Virus record (IMG/VR): IMGVR_UViG_3300007734_000753
Span: 12,731-76,730 of that record
Length of the DNA: 64,000 nucleotides
From: a virus
Strand: one strand, 5' to 3'
Shown: one piece after another, positions 1-9,431 of the stretch
Position numbering within the stretch: the first letter of the stretch is position 1
Layout of the letters: each line of letters opens with the position of its first letter
Translations under genes and position numbers: made by a program
Notes under the pieces: model-generated
The model's input: the letters and a program-made list of their open reading frames with translations, nothing else
The model's database searches: none
What the model was told of the DNA's origin: nothing

Positions 1-2
1 TC

Positions 3-320
3 AAGCCCGGTTTCTCTTCAGCCTCAACGATTCAGTCACTTTCTAAGTTCAATGGTGTTGTTTCGTGGTTGTGCAGTGAAATTTTCGATCTTACTCCTGA
101 ATATATTTCGGCTGGCACTGCAAGAAAATTTTGCGGAATAAAAGTTCCAAAGGGAGAGAAGGCAAAAATCTTCGTCTTCAACTTTATACTTGACACGATC
201 CCCGAGTTCAACGTAGAATATACTGCTAAAGGCAATCCTGTCCCCGGTTCTTTTGACCGAGCTGACAGTTATGTTATTGCCAAGGCAGGAAATGTTTTAT
301 GTCAAATGAACAAAAAATAA
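3..320 (+). CDS. RuvC-like Holliday junction resolvase (5' partial)
   Basis: Frame is open from the window edge (KPGFSSASTIQSLSKFNGVVSW...). C-terminal DRADSYVIA resembles the RuvC DxxDA acidic motif. Lies directly before primase. Confidence 0.65.
   Translation, partial: KPGFSSASTIQSLSKFNGVVSWLCSEIFDLTPEYISAGTARKFCGIKVPKGEKAKIFVFNFILDTIPEFNVEYTAKGNPVPGSFDRADSYVIAKAGNVLCQMNKK
190..219 (+). promoter_or_regulatory. sigma70-like promoter upstream of primase
   Basis: TTGACA (190-195), N18, TAGAAT (214-219). Confidence 0.45.
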
Positions 321-1237
321 AAATAATTTCCTCAATCTTTGGTGAGTATTCCAAGTCAGGAAAAGAGTTTTTATTCTATTGCCCAGCTTGTAAACATCAC
401 AAGAAAAAACTGAGTGTCAATCTTGAGAAAGATAAGTTCAAGTGTTGGATTTGTGACTACTCTGGAAATAGTATTCGCCGTCTTGTTCGTCGCTATGGCG
501 ATGCGACTCAAAAACAAGAGTGGTACAAGATCGATAATCGGATTGAACTAGCCGATTTTGATTTAGATTTCTTTGACGAGAAGGAAGAAGAATCTCAAGA
601 AACGATTGAGTTACCAAAACAATTTATGTCACTCTGTAACAAGGAAACTCTGGCTTCCACGGTACCGCTTTCCTATCTAAAAAATCGCAGAATAAATAAG
701 CAAGACATTTTACAATGGAAAATTGGTTATTGTTTTGAGGGCGATTATGAAGGTCGTATTATAATTCCATCTTTCGACATGAAAGGTGAGCCAAACTTCT
801 TTGTGGCGAGAGCCTACTCAAAAAGTTATTATCCCAAATACAAGAATCCTCCAGCATCAAAAAACATCATCTTCAATGAATTGTATCTTGATTTTGATGA
901 AGATTTGATTATAACAGAGGGAGTATTTGATGCAATTGTGGCAGGAAATAATTCTGTTCCAATCCTTGGCTCCACAATCAACGAGAAAAGCCGGTTGTTT
1001 CAGAAGATTGTCACATACGACACGACAGTTTATTTGGCTCTTGATCCAGATGCGAAAGACAAAGAAAACAAAATAATTGAGAATCTTCTCAAATATGGTA
1101 TTGAAATTTATAAAATCAAAGTCGATCCTTTCAAGGATGTTGGCTCAATGACCAAAGAGGACTTCCAATCCAGAAAGAAGGATGCTATACTGATCGACAA
1201 CGATAACTATTTTGTTTATCAGACAATGTGTGCATAA
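299..1237 (+). CDS. DNA primase (Zn ribbon + TOPRIM)
   Basis: CPAC...CWIC zinc finger; RIIIP, KYKNP, ITEGVFDA and LALDPDA TOPRIM motifs. Confidence 0.9.
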   Translation: MSNEQKIKIISSIFGEYSKSGKEFLFYCPACKHHKKKLSVNLEKDKFKCWICDYSGNSIRRLVRRYGDATQKQEWYKIDNRIELADFDLDFFDEKEEESQETIELPKQFMSLCNKETLASTVPLSYLKNRRINKQDILQWKIGYCFEGDYEGRIIIPSFDMKGEPNFFVARAYSKSYYPKYKNPPASKNIIFNELYLDFDEDLIITEGVFDAIVAGNNSVPILGSTINEKSRLFQKIVTYDTTVYLALDPDAKDKENKIIENLLKYGIEIYKIKVDPFKDVGSMTKEDFQSRKKDAILIDNDNYFVYQTMCA

Positions 1238-1247
1238 CGGAGAATAG

Positions 1248-4200
1248 ATGAAATTTAGTCATATCAGCGATATTCATATTCATAATCTAAAGTATCACAA
1301 AGAGCAGAAACAAGTCTTTGAGAAAGTTTATGAACACCTGAAAGCCAATAAAGTTGACATAAACATCCTTACTGGCGATCTATTTCATATCAAAGGAAAT
1401 GTTACGCCAGAAGCATATCAAGCCGCTGCTGACTTTCTAAAAAACTTGGCAGACATTGCACCAACGCATATTATTCTTGGCAATCACGATCTAATCTTAT
1501 CAAACAAGAATCGACTTGACAGCGTATCGCCAGTTGTTGATGCGTTGAATCATCCGCTTTTGTTTTTACATAAGAATTCAGCAGAGATTACGATTGGCGA
1601 TGGCAAGTTTGCTCTAAACGTAATGTCTATTGTTGATGAACAAGAGGACTGGATTCCAGTATCAAATCCAAACGCTGTGAACATTGGTTTGTATCATGGT
1701 TCAGTTGCTGGAGTTCTAACTGATCAAAATTGGGTTATGACTCATGGCGAAATAGACGTTGAGAAGTTTGCTGATTTTGATTATGTTTTGCTTGGCGATA
1801 TTCACAAAGCAAATCAAATTTTAGACACAGAAGGTCGTGTTCGTTATGCAGGAAGCCTGTGTCAAAACAACTTTGGGGATCTAGACGATAAAGGCTTTTT
1901 GATCTGGGATATAAAAGATAAAAACAACTTTACCGTTGAACATATTCATATTCCAAATCCAAAACCATTTATAAATCTAGATCTTGAAAGCGATGGAACT
2001 GTTCCAGCTAAATTTGCTTGCCCAATTGGTTCGCGTATTCGTGCAATTGGTCACACTGATTTATCATCTGATAAAATTAAAAAAACTCTTGAGCTTATTA
2101 GAAAAAAATACAAACCAGAAAGTTTGTCGTTTCAGAATAAATCAAAAACAAGTGACACTCGTTTGCTTTTGTCTGACTCATTGAAAAATACAAATTTACG
2201 AGACGAAGACACACAAAAGAAACTAATCAAAGAATATCTAAAAGAACACACCGTTACTGATGATGTGTTTGATGAAATTTATACTCTCAATGCTAAATAT
2301 AATAGAGAGGCAGAAGCCAATGAAGAGGTATCGCGCAATGTTCAATGGAAGCTGAAGAAGCTAACATGGGATAACCTTTTCAATTATGGGGAGGGAAACG
2401 AAATTGACTTCACCAAAATTAAAGGCACTGTGGGTATTTTTGGTAAAAACTTCTCTGGTAAGTCTAGCATTATTGATAGCTTACTATTCGCGATTTATAA
2501 TAACACTTCTAAAAATATACGAAAAAATCTCTTTGTCATCAACCAAAACAAAAAGACTGCAAGTTGCTGTGTGGAAATCGAGGTTGATAGCAAAGTATAC
2601 AAGATTGAGCGCAACTTATCCAGATACACCAAAAAGCTCAAAGGAGAGGTCACGGAAGAGGCGAAGGCGACGGTAGACTTTTCTTATTTTGATATGCTCT
2701 CAAATGAAACTGTTAGCCTAAATGGTGTTGACGGCAACGAAACAAATAAAAATATACGCAAACTATTTGGCACCATTGAAGACTTTTTTGCTACTTCAAT
2801 GTCATCACAGACTGGCGCACTTGATTTTATCAACGAAGGTTCGACTCGGCGCAAAGAAATATTTGCCAAGTTCCTTGATTTAGAAATATTTGAGACAAAA
2901 TTCAAGCTTGCCAAAGATCAATCTTCTGTTATCAAGGCGGCATTGCGTCGTCTTGAAAATAAGAATTTTGATTCTGAAGCCTCTGAAATCAGGCAACTTG
3001 TTATTGATAACGAAGAGAAAACAAAGAATAAAGTTGACGAGATAGAAAAAAACAAAGTTATTATCTCTGACCTATCAAAAGAGATTCAATCGCTTGAAGA
3101 TAAAATCTCAAAGATTGATTCTGAAAACATTGATATTGTATCAGTAAAATCAGAGATAAAGAGTCTAGAGGAGACTAGAGATACTTTATTACAAGACAAT
3201 TTTGCTAAAAACAAGAAAATCGAAGAGTCAGAAGCCTTCATCCAGAAAGCACAAGCCTTTTTATCTGAGTTTAATATTGACGATGTAAAGAGCAAAAAAC
3301 AAAATCTAGCTTCTCTAATAAACCAACTTGACGCTCTAAACGCTTCAACTGCCGAACAAAAGAATCTTTTATCAATTTATAAAACCCACACCGATGGGCT
3401 AAACAATCTTCCTTGTGGTAAAACTTATCTTGATTCATGTTCTTTTATCAAAGAAGCAAATGAGTATTTGAGTAAAGTTGATGTTGTCGAGCTGGCTATT
3501 CAACAGGGCGAAACAAATGGTCAGCAGCTTGCTGCCCAAATTGCAGAAATAGATGAAAACAAACTCAACAACTATATTGAAAAATTCGAGAAGCTTCGGC
3601 TAAAGAAAAACGACGAAGAAAAAAATATCATCAATTTCAATCTTGTGATTGAGAAAAACAAAAATATAATCACAGGTCTATCAGAAAAATTACGTCTTTT
3701 TTCTGAAAAGTTAAAGTTTTACGAAGAGCACAAAGATGCAATAGAAAACAAGAAAAACCTACTTGTTGAACTTACAACCAAAAAAGTTGCAGTAGAAAAT
3801 ACTAAAGTTCTTGTAAAAAGTCTTGAGCTTGAGTTAGCATCTTTATATAAAGAACATGGTTCGCTTGAGCAAAAGATTGAGACAATAAAACAAAATGAAA
3901 AAGAAAAAGTATCCCTTGAAAAACAATATGCAGCTTATGAACTATTCATGCGTTGTATGCATAGCAACGGAATTGCATTTGATTTGATCAAAAAGAATTT
4001 ACCAGTTATTAATCAAGAGATCGCCAAAGTTCTATCAAACATTGTAGAATTTGAGATATTCTTCGAGAATACGGATAATAAACTTGATATCTTTATCAAA
4101 CACCCAAAATATGATGCTCGTCCTCTAGAAAACGGTTCCGGCGCAGAAAAAACATTAGCTGCAATGGCTATTCGCATTGCTTTGATCAATATTACAAATA

Positions 4201-4406
4201 TGCCAAAGCCAAATATTTTTATTCTTGACGAACCGGGAACTGCCCTTGATAATGATAATATGGAGGGTTTTATCCGTATTCTAGATTTGGTCAAGAACTA
4301 TTTTGATATCACGGTGCTAATTAGTCATATAGATCAATTGAAAGATGCAGTTGATACAAACATTGAAATTTCGCGAAACGAAGGTTTCGCATTTGTAAAA
4401 TGCTAA
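1248..4406 (+). CDS. Fused SbcD/Mre11 nuclease and SbcC/Rad50 ATPase (gp47-gp46-like)
   Basis: Phosphoesterase motifs SDIH, GDLFH, GNHD and GDIH, then Walker A GKNFSGKS, long coiled coil, signature GSGAE, Walker B ILDEP and H-loop ISH. Confidence 0.9.
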   Translation: MKFSHISDIHIHNLKYHKEQKQVFEKVYEHLKANKVDINILTGDLFHIKGNVTPEAYQAAADFLKNLADIAPTHIILGNHDLILSNKNRLDSVSPVVDALNHPLLFLHKNSAEITIGDGKFALNVMSIVDEQEDWIPVSNPNAVNIGLYHGSVAGVLTDQNWVMTHGEIDVEKFADFDYVLLGDIHKANQILDTEGRVRYAGSLCQNNFGDLDDKGFLIWDIKDKNNFTVEHIHIPNPKPFINLDLESDGTVPAKFACPIGSRIRAIGHTDLSSDKIKKTLELIRKKYKPESLSFQNKSKTSDTRLLLSDSLKNTNLRDEDTQKKLIKEYLKEHTVTDDVFDEIYTLNAKYNREAEANEEVSRNVQWKLKKLTWDNLFNYGEGNEIDFTKIKGTVGIFGKNFSGKSSIIDSLLFAIYNNTSKNIRKNLFVINQNKKTASCCVEIEVDSKVYKIERNLSRYTKKLKGEVTEEAKATVDFSYFDMLSNETVSLNGVDGNETNKNIRKLFGTIEDFFATSMSSQTGALDFINEGSTRRKEIFAKFLDLEIFETKFKLAKDQSSVIKAALRRLENKNFDSEASEIRQLVIDNEEKTKNKVDEIEKNKVIISDLSKEIQSLEDKISKIDSENIDIVSVKSEIKSLEETRDTLLQDNFAKNKKIEESEAFIQKAQAFLSEFNIDDVKSKKQNLASLINQLDALNASTAEQKNLLSIYKTHTDGLNNLPCGKTYLDSCSFIKEANEYLSKVDVVELAIQQGETNGQQLAAQIAEIDENKLNNYIEKFEKLRLKKNDEEKNIINFNLVIEKNKNIITGLSEKLRLFSEKLKFYEEHKDAIENKKNLLVELTTKKVAVENTKVLVKSLELELASLYKEHGSLEQKIETIKQNEKEKVSLEKQYAAYELFMRCMHSNGIAFDLIKKNLPVINQEIAKVLSNIVEFEIFFENTDNKLDIFIKHPKYDARPLENGSGAEKTLAAMAIRIALINITNMPKPNIFILDEPGTALDNDNMEGFIRILDLVKNYFDITVLISHIDQLKDAVDTNIEISRNEGFAFVKC

Positions 4407-4415
4407 AGGAGTAAA

Positions 4416-6290
4416 ATGAAAAAGTATTTATTATTAATGCCGCTTCTAATAATTGGTTGTGGTGACGATCTTGGCTGGAAAGAAAAGAAAACCGACCATG
4501 ATTGTGCAGATTCAATGGTAGCCGACGCTGGTTCTTCCGACGTTGCACAACCACAAGATGTAAGTGAGGTGAACGATGTTCAATCAGACACAAATCAAGT
4601 TGTTGAAGATTCTGTTGACGCCACCGAAACTGATATATCCGATAGCAGTGGGAGCGACGACACTAGCGTTTCCGTCCCTGATAGCGTTACAGGAGAAGAT
4701 GCAGGAGATTCACAAGACGCAGCGGAAGACGTAACACAAGACGTTGCACCACCACCAGAGTGCGTGACTTCAACAGATTGCGCCGCCGCCGCACTCCCTT
4801 GCATCGCTCCTGATTGTGAAGCGGGTAAATGTGTAACAGTTCCAGCGGATACACCATGCTCAGACAACGATGAGTGTACTGTTGGCGATCAATGCCAAGT
4901 TGGTCAATGTGTTGGAGGCGCTCAGGCAAACTGTGACGATCTAAATCCATGCACAGATGATTCATGTGATCCAGCTAAAGGCTGCGTTCATTTACCAAAT
5001 CAAGTAACCTGTGTAGATGGAAATGGTTGCACTACTGATGATATTTGCAAAGATGGAGCTTGCGTAGCTGGTGTTCCATTCAATTGCGACGATGGAAATG
5101 TTTGCACAGATGATAGCTGTGAATCTATTGGTAAAAGCGAAATGCATGTTTGCAAGCATTTACCAAATCAAGCAACTTGCACTGATGACAATGTTTGCTC
5201 TTTAGACGATGCCTGTGAAGGTATGTCTTGCAAATCAAAATCAGCTGCTATTTGTGATGATAGTAACATTTGCACAAACGATTCTTGTGATCCTGTAGCT
5301 GGTTGTGTATTTTTACCAAATGAAGTAACTTGCACCGATAATGATGCTTGCACCTCAGATGATAAATGTGCCGATAAAGTTTGTAAATCTGGTGCTCCGC
5401 TAAATTGTGCAGACACAAATGATTGCACAACTGACTTATGTAAGCCAGAAACGGGCTGTTATTTTGATAATAATCAAAATGTTTGCAGTGATAATAATGT
5501 TTGTAGCGTAGATGATAAGTGTGAAGCTGGTGTTTGTGTCGCTGGTCTTCCAAAAGTTTGCGATGATGCAAATATATGCACGGTTGATTCTTGCGATCCT
5601 GTAAATGGATGCAAAGCTGTAAATGCTGCTGATGGGACAAAGTGTGCTGAAGGTATTTGCCAAAATGGCGCTTGTGCTTGCGTAAGCGGATTTGGCTGTG
5701 CTTCACCTAGCTTCTCATACGCCTCAGAAACAAATGCAGGCATGTTAGGCGGCATGGGTGGGCAAGTTGGACCAAAGATGGGTTGCAACGCTACTGATGT
5801 AATTATTGGTATCGGTTTTGATTTCAGTAATGGTCAAAAGAATGCAACAAAAACAACTGTCGTTTGTGGTAAAGTTTCTGTAGCACAAGACAGCACAGTT
5901 TCAACTGTTCAGACAACAACACAAAAGAACGGTGGTTCTGGCTGCTTTGGTTGGGATCCATCAACTCCAACTCCGCTTGTTGTTTGTCCAAATGGCTGGG
6001 CTGTGGTTGGTATTGAAGGAACAAAAGCGGGTTCAACATTGTTCAATAATGTTAAGCTTGTTTGTGGTAAGTTGGGAATTAATGGTAAATCAACAGGAGA
6101 GACACAAACTCTAACTGTTAATGGAACCACTGGTCCCGGCACCCAAGCACAAGTTGTTGCTTGTGCCGCTGGAACAATCGCTCGTTATTTTGAGACGAGA
6201 GCTGGTTGTGGTCAAGATGCTTTGACTTTGTATTGTGCTACACCTTCACCAGATTGCACTGGTCAAGAATTAATTTGTAAGGATCTATAA
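4416..6290 (+). CDS. Cys-rich repeat lipoprotein with C-terminal beta-prism/lectin-like domain
   Basis: Lipobox IIG-C, Asp-rich linker, tandem CDDxNxCTxDxC repeats, and a three-fold repeated C-terminal domain. Confidence 0.75.
   Translation: MKKYLLLMPLLIIGCGDDLGWKEKKTDHDCADSMVADAGSSDVAQPQDVSEVNDVQSDTNQVVEDSVDATETDISDSSGSDDTSVSVPDSVTGEDAGDSQDAAEDVTQDVAPPPECVTSTDCAAAALPCIAPDCEAGKCVTVPADTPCSDNDECTVGDQCQVGQCVGGAQANCDDLNPCTDDSCDPAKGCVHLPNQVTCVDGNGCTTDDICKDGACVAGVPFNCDDGNVCTDDSCESIGKSEMHVCKHLPNQATCTDDNVCSLDDACEGMSCKSKSAAICDDSNICTNDSCDPVAGCVFLPNEVTCTDNDACTSDDKCADKVCKSGAPLNCADTNDCTTDLCKPETGCYFDNNQNVCSDNNVCSVDDKCEAGVCVAGLPKVCDDANICTVDSCDPVNGCKAVNAADGTKCAEGICQNGACACVSGFGCASPSFSYASETNAGMLGGMGGQVGPKMGCNATDVIIGIGFDFSNGQKNATKTTVVCGKVSVAQDSTVSTVQTTTQKNGGSGCFGWDPSTPTPLVVCPNGWAVVGIEGTKAGSTLFNNVKLVCGKLGINGKSTGETQTLTVNGTTGPGTQAQVVACAAGTIARYFETRAGCGQDALTLYCATPSPDCTGQELICKDL
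4857..5642 (+). repeat. Five ~51-aa Cys-rich tandem repeats (ten CxDxNxC[TS]xDxC subunits)
   Basis: Units start CSDNDEC, CVDGNGC, CTDDNVC, CTDNDAC and CSDNNVC; each is paired with a CDDxNxCTxDSCDP-type half. Confidence 0.85.
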
Positions 6291-6292
6291 TC

Positions 6293-7306
6293 ATGAAAAA
6301 GCTGCTGATACTTTTATTATTATTTATTCCAAAAGTTGCTGACGCTTGGGAATCAACTATAGGCGTTGGTGCTTATGCGAGAAGATTTAATGAAAAGGAT
6401 CAGCTTGGTGCTCTTTCTAAAGATGAAGGTCTAAAACCAGAGAGTTCGGCTGGGTTGGCACTGAACGGTTCATTTCTGTTCAATGTCAGCCCTTCCCTAT
6501 TATTTGGTCCAGATTTAACAATAACTTATTCTTGGTTATCTGCGCCACAACAAGACAATTTACAAACTCAAAGTCTTATCGCTGCTGGTAATTTACAATA
6601 TAATGATAACGGCTTTAGTTTGGCTCTAAAATCCGGTTTTATTCTAAACTCACTTACTACTGAATATGATATAAAGATTGATTTTGATACAGGTTTTATA
6701 ACTTCTGTGAAGGTTGGTTCAGAGGTTATGGATTCCGCAAGATTTTATTTTGAGCCACAGCTAATCATAACTCCATCAACTGAGGCGAAGAATGTTTTTG
6801 TAAATTCATTTGCTTTGGTTATTGGTATTGAAAATGTATTTAGACCAAAGAAAAAGATTGAGGTTGTGAAAGTTGTAGAGGCTATTGTTGAACCTCCTAA
6901 AGAAATAACTCCCGTAAAATTACCAGAAGTTATTACACCAGTTGCCGCTCCACCTATTATTGTTGTAGCTCCAATCGTCGTTGAGCCACCAAAAGAAATA
7001 ACGCCAGTAAAATTGCCAGAACCTCCAACGCCAGTTCAGCCTGTCGAAAAACCAAAGCCATTAGTTCTAAAATTTGATGGAAATGAACTATCACCAGAAT
7101 CTATTGGCTTTTTAGAGAATATTGTAAAAATTCATAATAGTGTTGCCTCTGTTATCAAAGTCAATCACAGCAGAGGAAATAATGCTAAAAAGAAAGCAGA
7201 AATATTATACACTTGGTTTACTAATCATGGAGCGAAGAAAAAAGAGGTATTGGTAGTTCCCGGTCTAAAAGGCAAGGAAATAAGAATCGAAGTCGTTCCA
7301 AAGTAG
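6293..7306 (+). CDS. Outer-membrane beta-barrel protein with Pro-rich linker and degenerate OmpA-like C-terminus
   Basis: Signal peptide (ADA|W), alternating hydrophobic strands, Pro/Val linker, and C-terminal LKFDGNELSPES...KKAEILYTWF...IRIEV resembling OmpA_C. Confidence 0.55.
   Translation: MKKLLILLLLFIPKVADAWESTIGVGAYARRFNEKDQLGALSKDEGLKPESSAGLALNGSFLFNVSPSLLFGPDLTITYSWLSAPQQDNLQTQSLIAAGNLQYNDNGFSLALKSGFILNSLTTEYDIKIDFDTGFITSVKVGSEVMDSARFYFEPQLIITPSTEAKNVFVNSFALVIGIENVFRPKKKIEVVKVVEAIVEPPKEITPVKLPEVITPVAAPPIIVVAPIVVEPPKEITPVKLPEPPTPVQPVEKPKPLVLKFDGNELSPESIGFLENIVKIHNSVASVIKVNHSRGNNAKKKAEILYTWFTNHGAKKKEVLVVPGLKGKEIRIEVVPK
6887..7021 (+). repeat. Duplicated 14-aa unit VEPPKEITPVKLPE
   Basis: Copies at about 6887-6928 and 6980-7021; identical protein sequence with synonymous DNA differences. 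Confidence 0.85.
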
Positions 7307-7312
7307 GGCAAA

Positions 7313-9397
7313 ATGAAAAAATTATCTTTATTATTATTGTTGGTGGCTTGTTCTAACGCCGATCCAACAACTCAATCTTCTTTATCTATTGGCGGTAGTT
7401 TTATATTTGATGCCGGAACTCAAACGGAAAAAGACGCCGAAGAAGATACCAAAGAACAAACTTTTGATACTGTATCGTCTGAAGATATACAGGATATAGT
7501 TGAGGACATACAACAAGATATAACAGAAGATTCACAGACAGATGTAGTAGAACAAATAGACACTATAAAAGATACCAAACCAATTTGCGTCGATGAAGAT
7601 GGTGATGGATATGGTGAAAATTGCTCTAAGGGCAGCGACTGCGATGATGCCAATCCAAATTTCACAACGTATTGCCCAGACTGTAAAAAAGGCAATTATC
7701 CCGGCTGTATTTGCTCTGGTAAATCCGCTCCATGCTATTCAGCAGATCCAACAACAAAAGCCGTTGGTCAATGTAAAGCAGGAACGCAAGCTTGCAAATC
7801 TGGTATTTGGCAAGTTTGTATTGGTGAGATAACACCTTCACCAGAAGTTTGTGATAACATTGATAATGACTGTGATGGTCAAATCGACGAAGGCGTAAAA
7901 TCTTCTTGCGGAACTTGTGATCTTACTTGCGTAAAACAATCAGTCGGAGTCAATGAACCTATTATTCTCAACTCCGAGAACTCTTCTGGTGTCGGTATTG
8001 ATCCAAATACAGGCTTTATAAAGATTGATTCAAGCCAAATCTCATTGAAGCTCAAGTTCTTGTGGGCTTCTAATTCAAGTGAAAATACTGTATCAAAAGT
8101 TGATTGTAAGACAATAAAAGAATCTGGTCGTTATCAAGTATGTAATAATCCCTCAAGAACATCTGTAGATCTTGATGGAAATGTATTTGCTGCCTGTCGT
8201 GGTGATGGTAAGGTAGCAAAAATTATTGCGGATAAAAAGAACTGTATTGATAAAAATGGAAATGGTGTTATTGAGACAAGCGAAGATCTAAATGGTGATG
8301 GCAATATATCTGGTAATGAAATGGCGAATAATGATGAATGTATCCAATTTATCGTTCAGCCATTAGGCAATCAATCCTCTTATCCCGGCTCAAGAGGTGC
8401 GGCAGTTGATAAGTTCAATAATGTTTATATTGGTTATTGGAATGAAGCCAAAGTTGCCTATGTTGATGGAAAAACAGGGGCAACGATAAAAATAATTGAT
8501 TGGCAATGCCCGACTTATGGTCTAGTTGTTGATCAAAAAGGAACTCTATGGGGTCAAGGTAATGGCTGCGGTTGGCTAATGTCCTACAATCCAACCAGCG
8601 GTCAATGGGCAAAAGCTTCCTCATATGGGGCAAATGGAATTAGTGCTTATGGAATCAATGTTGATGGTAAAGGTCGTATTTGGGTTGGAGGAAGTTTGGC
8701 TCGCTATAATCCAGCAGATGGAAGCTGGATGAAATGTAATATAGGTTGTGCTGGTATTGCTACGGCAAACGACGGCATGGTTTGGCTAGCAAAAGATGGA
8801 AGCGGTATTGGAAAAGTTGATGGTGAAAATTGTGCTCAACTTGGAACTGTGAATAGTGGTGGCGCTCCGCATGGTTGTGCTGTTGATTTTGATGGTTATG
8901 TTTGGGGTGTGAATCTTGGCGGAAACTCCGTTGATAAAATTGAACCCGGCAAGACAGGGCAACAAATAGGACCATTATTAGGCTCTAGAAAAATAGGAAG
9001 CGGTCCATACACATATTCAGACATGACTGGATATACACTCAATTATTTTACCGCTCCAAAGGGCTTATTTACAACAACCTTCTTCGCTGGTGGAAATGGT
9101 AATCCCATTTCGCAGATGAAGCCAAAGGCTGTATGGCAAGAACTAAATGTCGAAGCTATGTTGCCCCCTGCCACAAAAGTCCATATTCGTGTTCGTGCGG
9201 GCGATACAAAAGATCAATTAGATAATGGAAACTGGATAGACATTATGGATTTGACAGATATGGCGCAAATGCCAGTTGATTTATCACAGAAAAACATTAT
9301 TGGAATAATGCTTCAGATAGAGATAAACCTCATCACAGAAGATAAAAAGGTAAGTCCTTCTGTTGGCTCAATAACAGCTAAGGCAAAACTACAATAA
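7313..9397 (+). CDS. Lipoprotein with Cys/Asp metal-binding repeats and a beta-propeller
   Basis: Lipobox LVA-C; CVDEDGDGYG..DCDD and EVCDNIDNDCDGQIDE motifs typical of myxobacterial proteins; propeller blades such as YGLVVDQKGTLW, GINVDGKGRIW and GCAVDFDGYVW. Confidence 0.75.
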   Translation: MKKLSLLLLLVACSNADPTTQSSLSIGGSFIFDAGTQTEKDAEEDTKEQTFDTVSSEDIQDIVEDIQQDITEDSQTDVVEQIDTIKDTKPICVDEDGDGYGENCSKGSDCDDANPNFTTYCPDCKKGNYPGCICSGKSAPCYSADPTTKAVGQCKAGTQACKSGIWQVCIGEITPSPEVCDNIDNDCDGQIDEGVKSSCGTCDLTCVKQSVGVNEPIILNSENSSGVGIDPNTGFIKIDSSQISLKLKFLWASNSSENTVSKVDCKTIKESGRYQVCNNPSRTSVDLDGNVFAACRGDGKVAKIIADKKNCIDKNGNGVIETSEDLNGDGNISGNEMANNDECIQFIVQPLGNQSSYPGSRGAAVDKFNNVYIGYWNEAKVAYVDGKTGATIKIIDWQCPTYGLVVDQKGTLWGQGNGCGWLMSYNPTSGQWAKASSYGANGISAYGINVDGKGRIWVGGSLARYNPADGSWMKCNIGCAGIATANDGMVWLAKDGSGIGKVDGENCAQLGTVNSGGAPHGCAVDFDGYVWGVNLGGNSVDKIEPGKTGQQIGPLLGSRKIGSGPYTYSDMTGYTLNYFTAPKGLFTTTFFAGGNGNPISQMKPKAVWQELNVEAMLPPATKVHIRVRAGDTKDQLDNGNWIDIMDLTDMAQMPVDLSQKNIIGIMLQIEINLITEDKKVSPSVGSITAKAKLQ

Positions 9398-9401
9398 GCA
9401 A

Positions 9402-9409
9402 ACTACTTA
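9402..9409 (+). promoter_or_regulatory. Late promoter variant ACTACTTA
   Basis: One mismatch to ACTATTTA; intergenic, upstream of the endolysin GGAGG RBS. Confidence 0.55.
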
Positions 9410-9431
9410 TAGTACAAACGGAGGATAAACA

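Noticed and set aside
4857-5642. Diversity-generating retroelement template/variable repeats
   Set aside because: The repeats are in-frame protein repeats with general divergence, not adenine-specific, and no reverse transcriptase is present.
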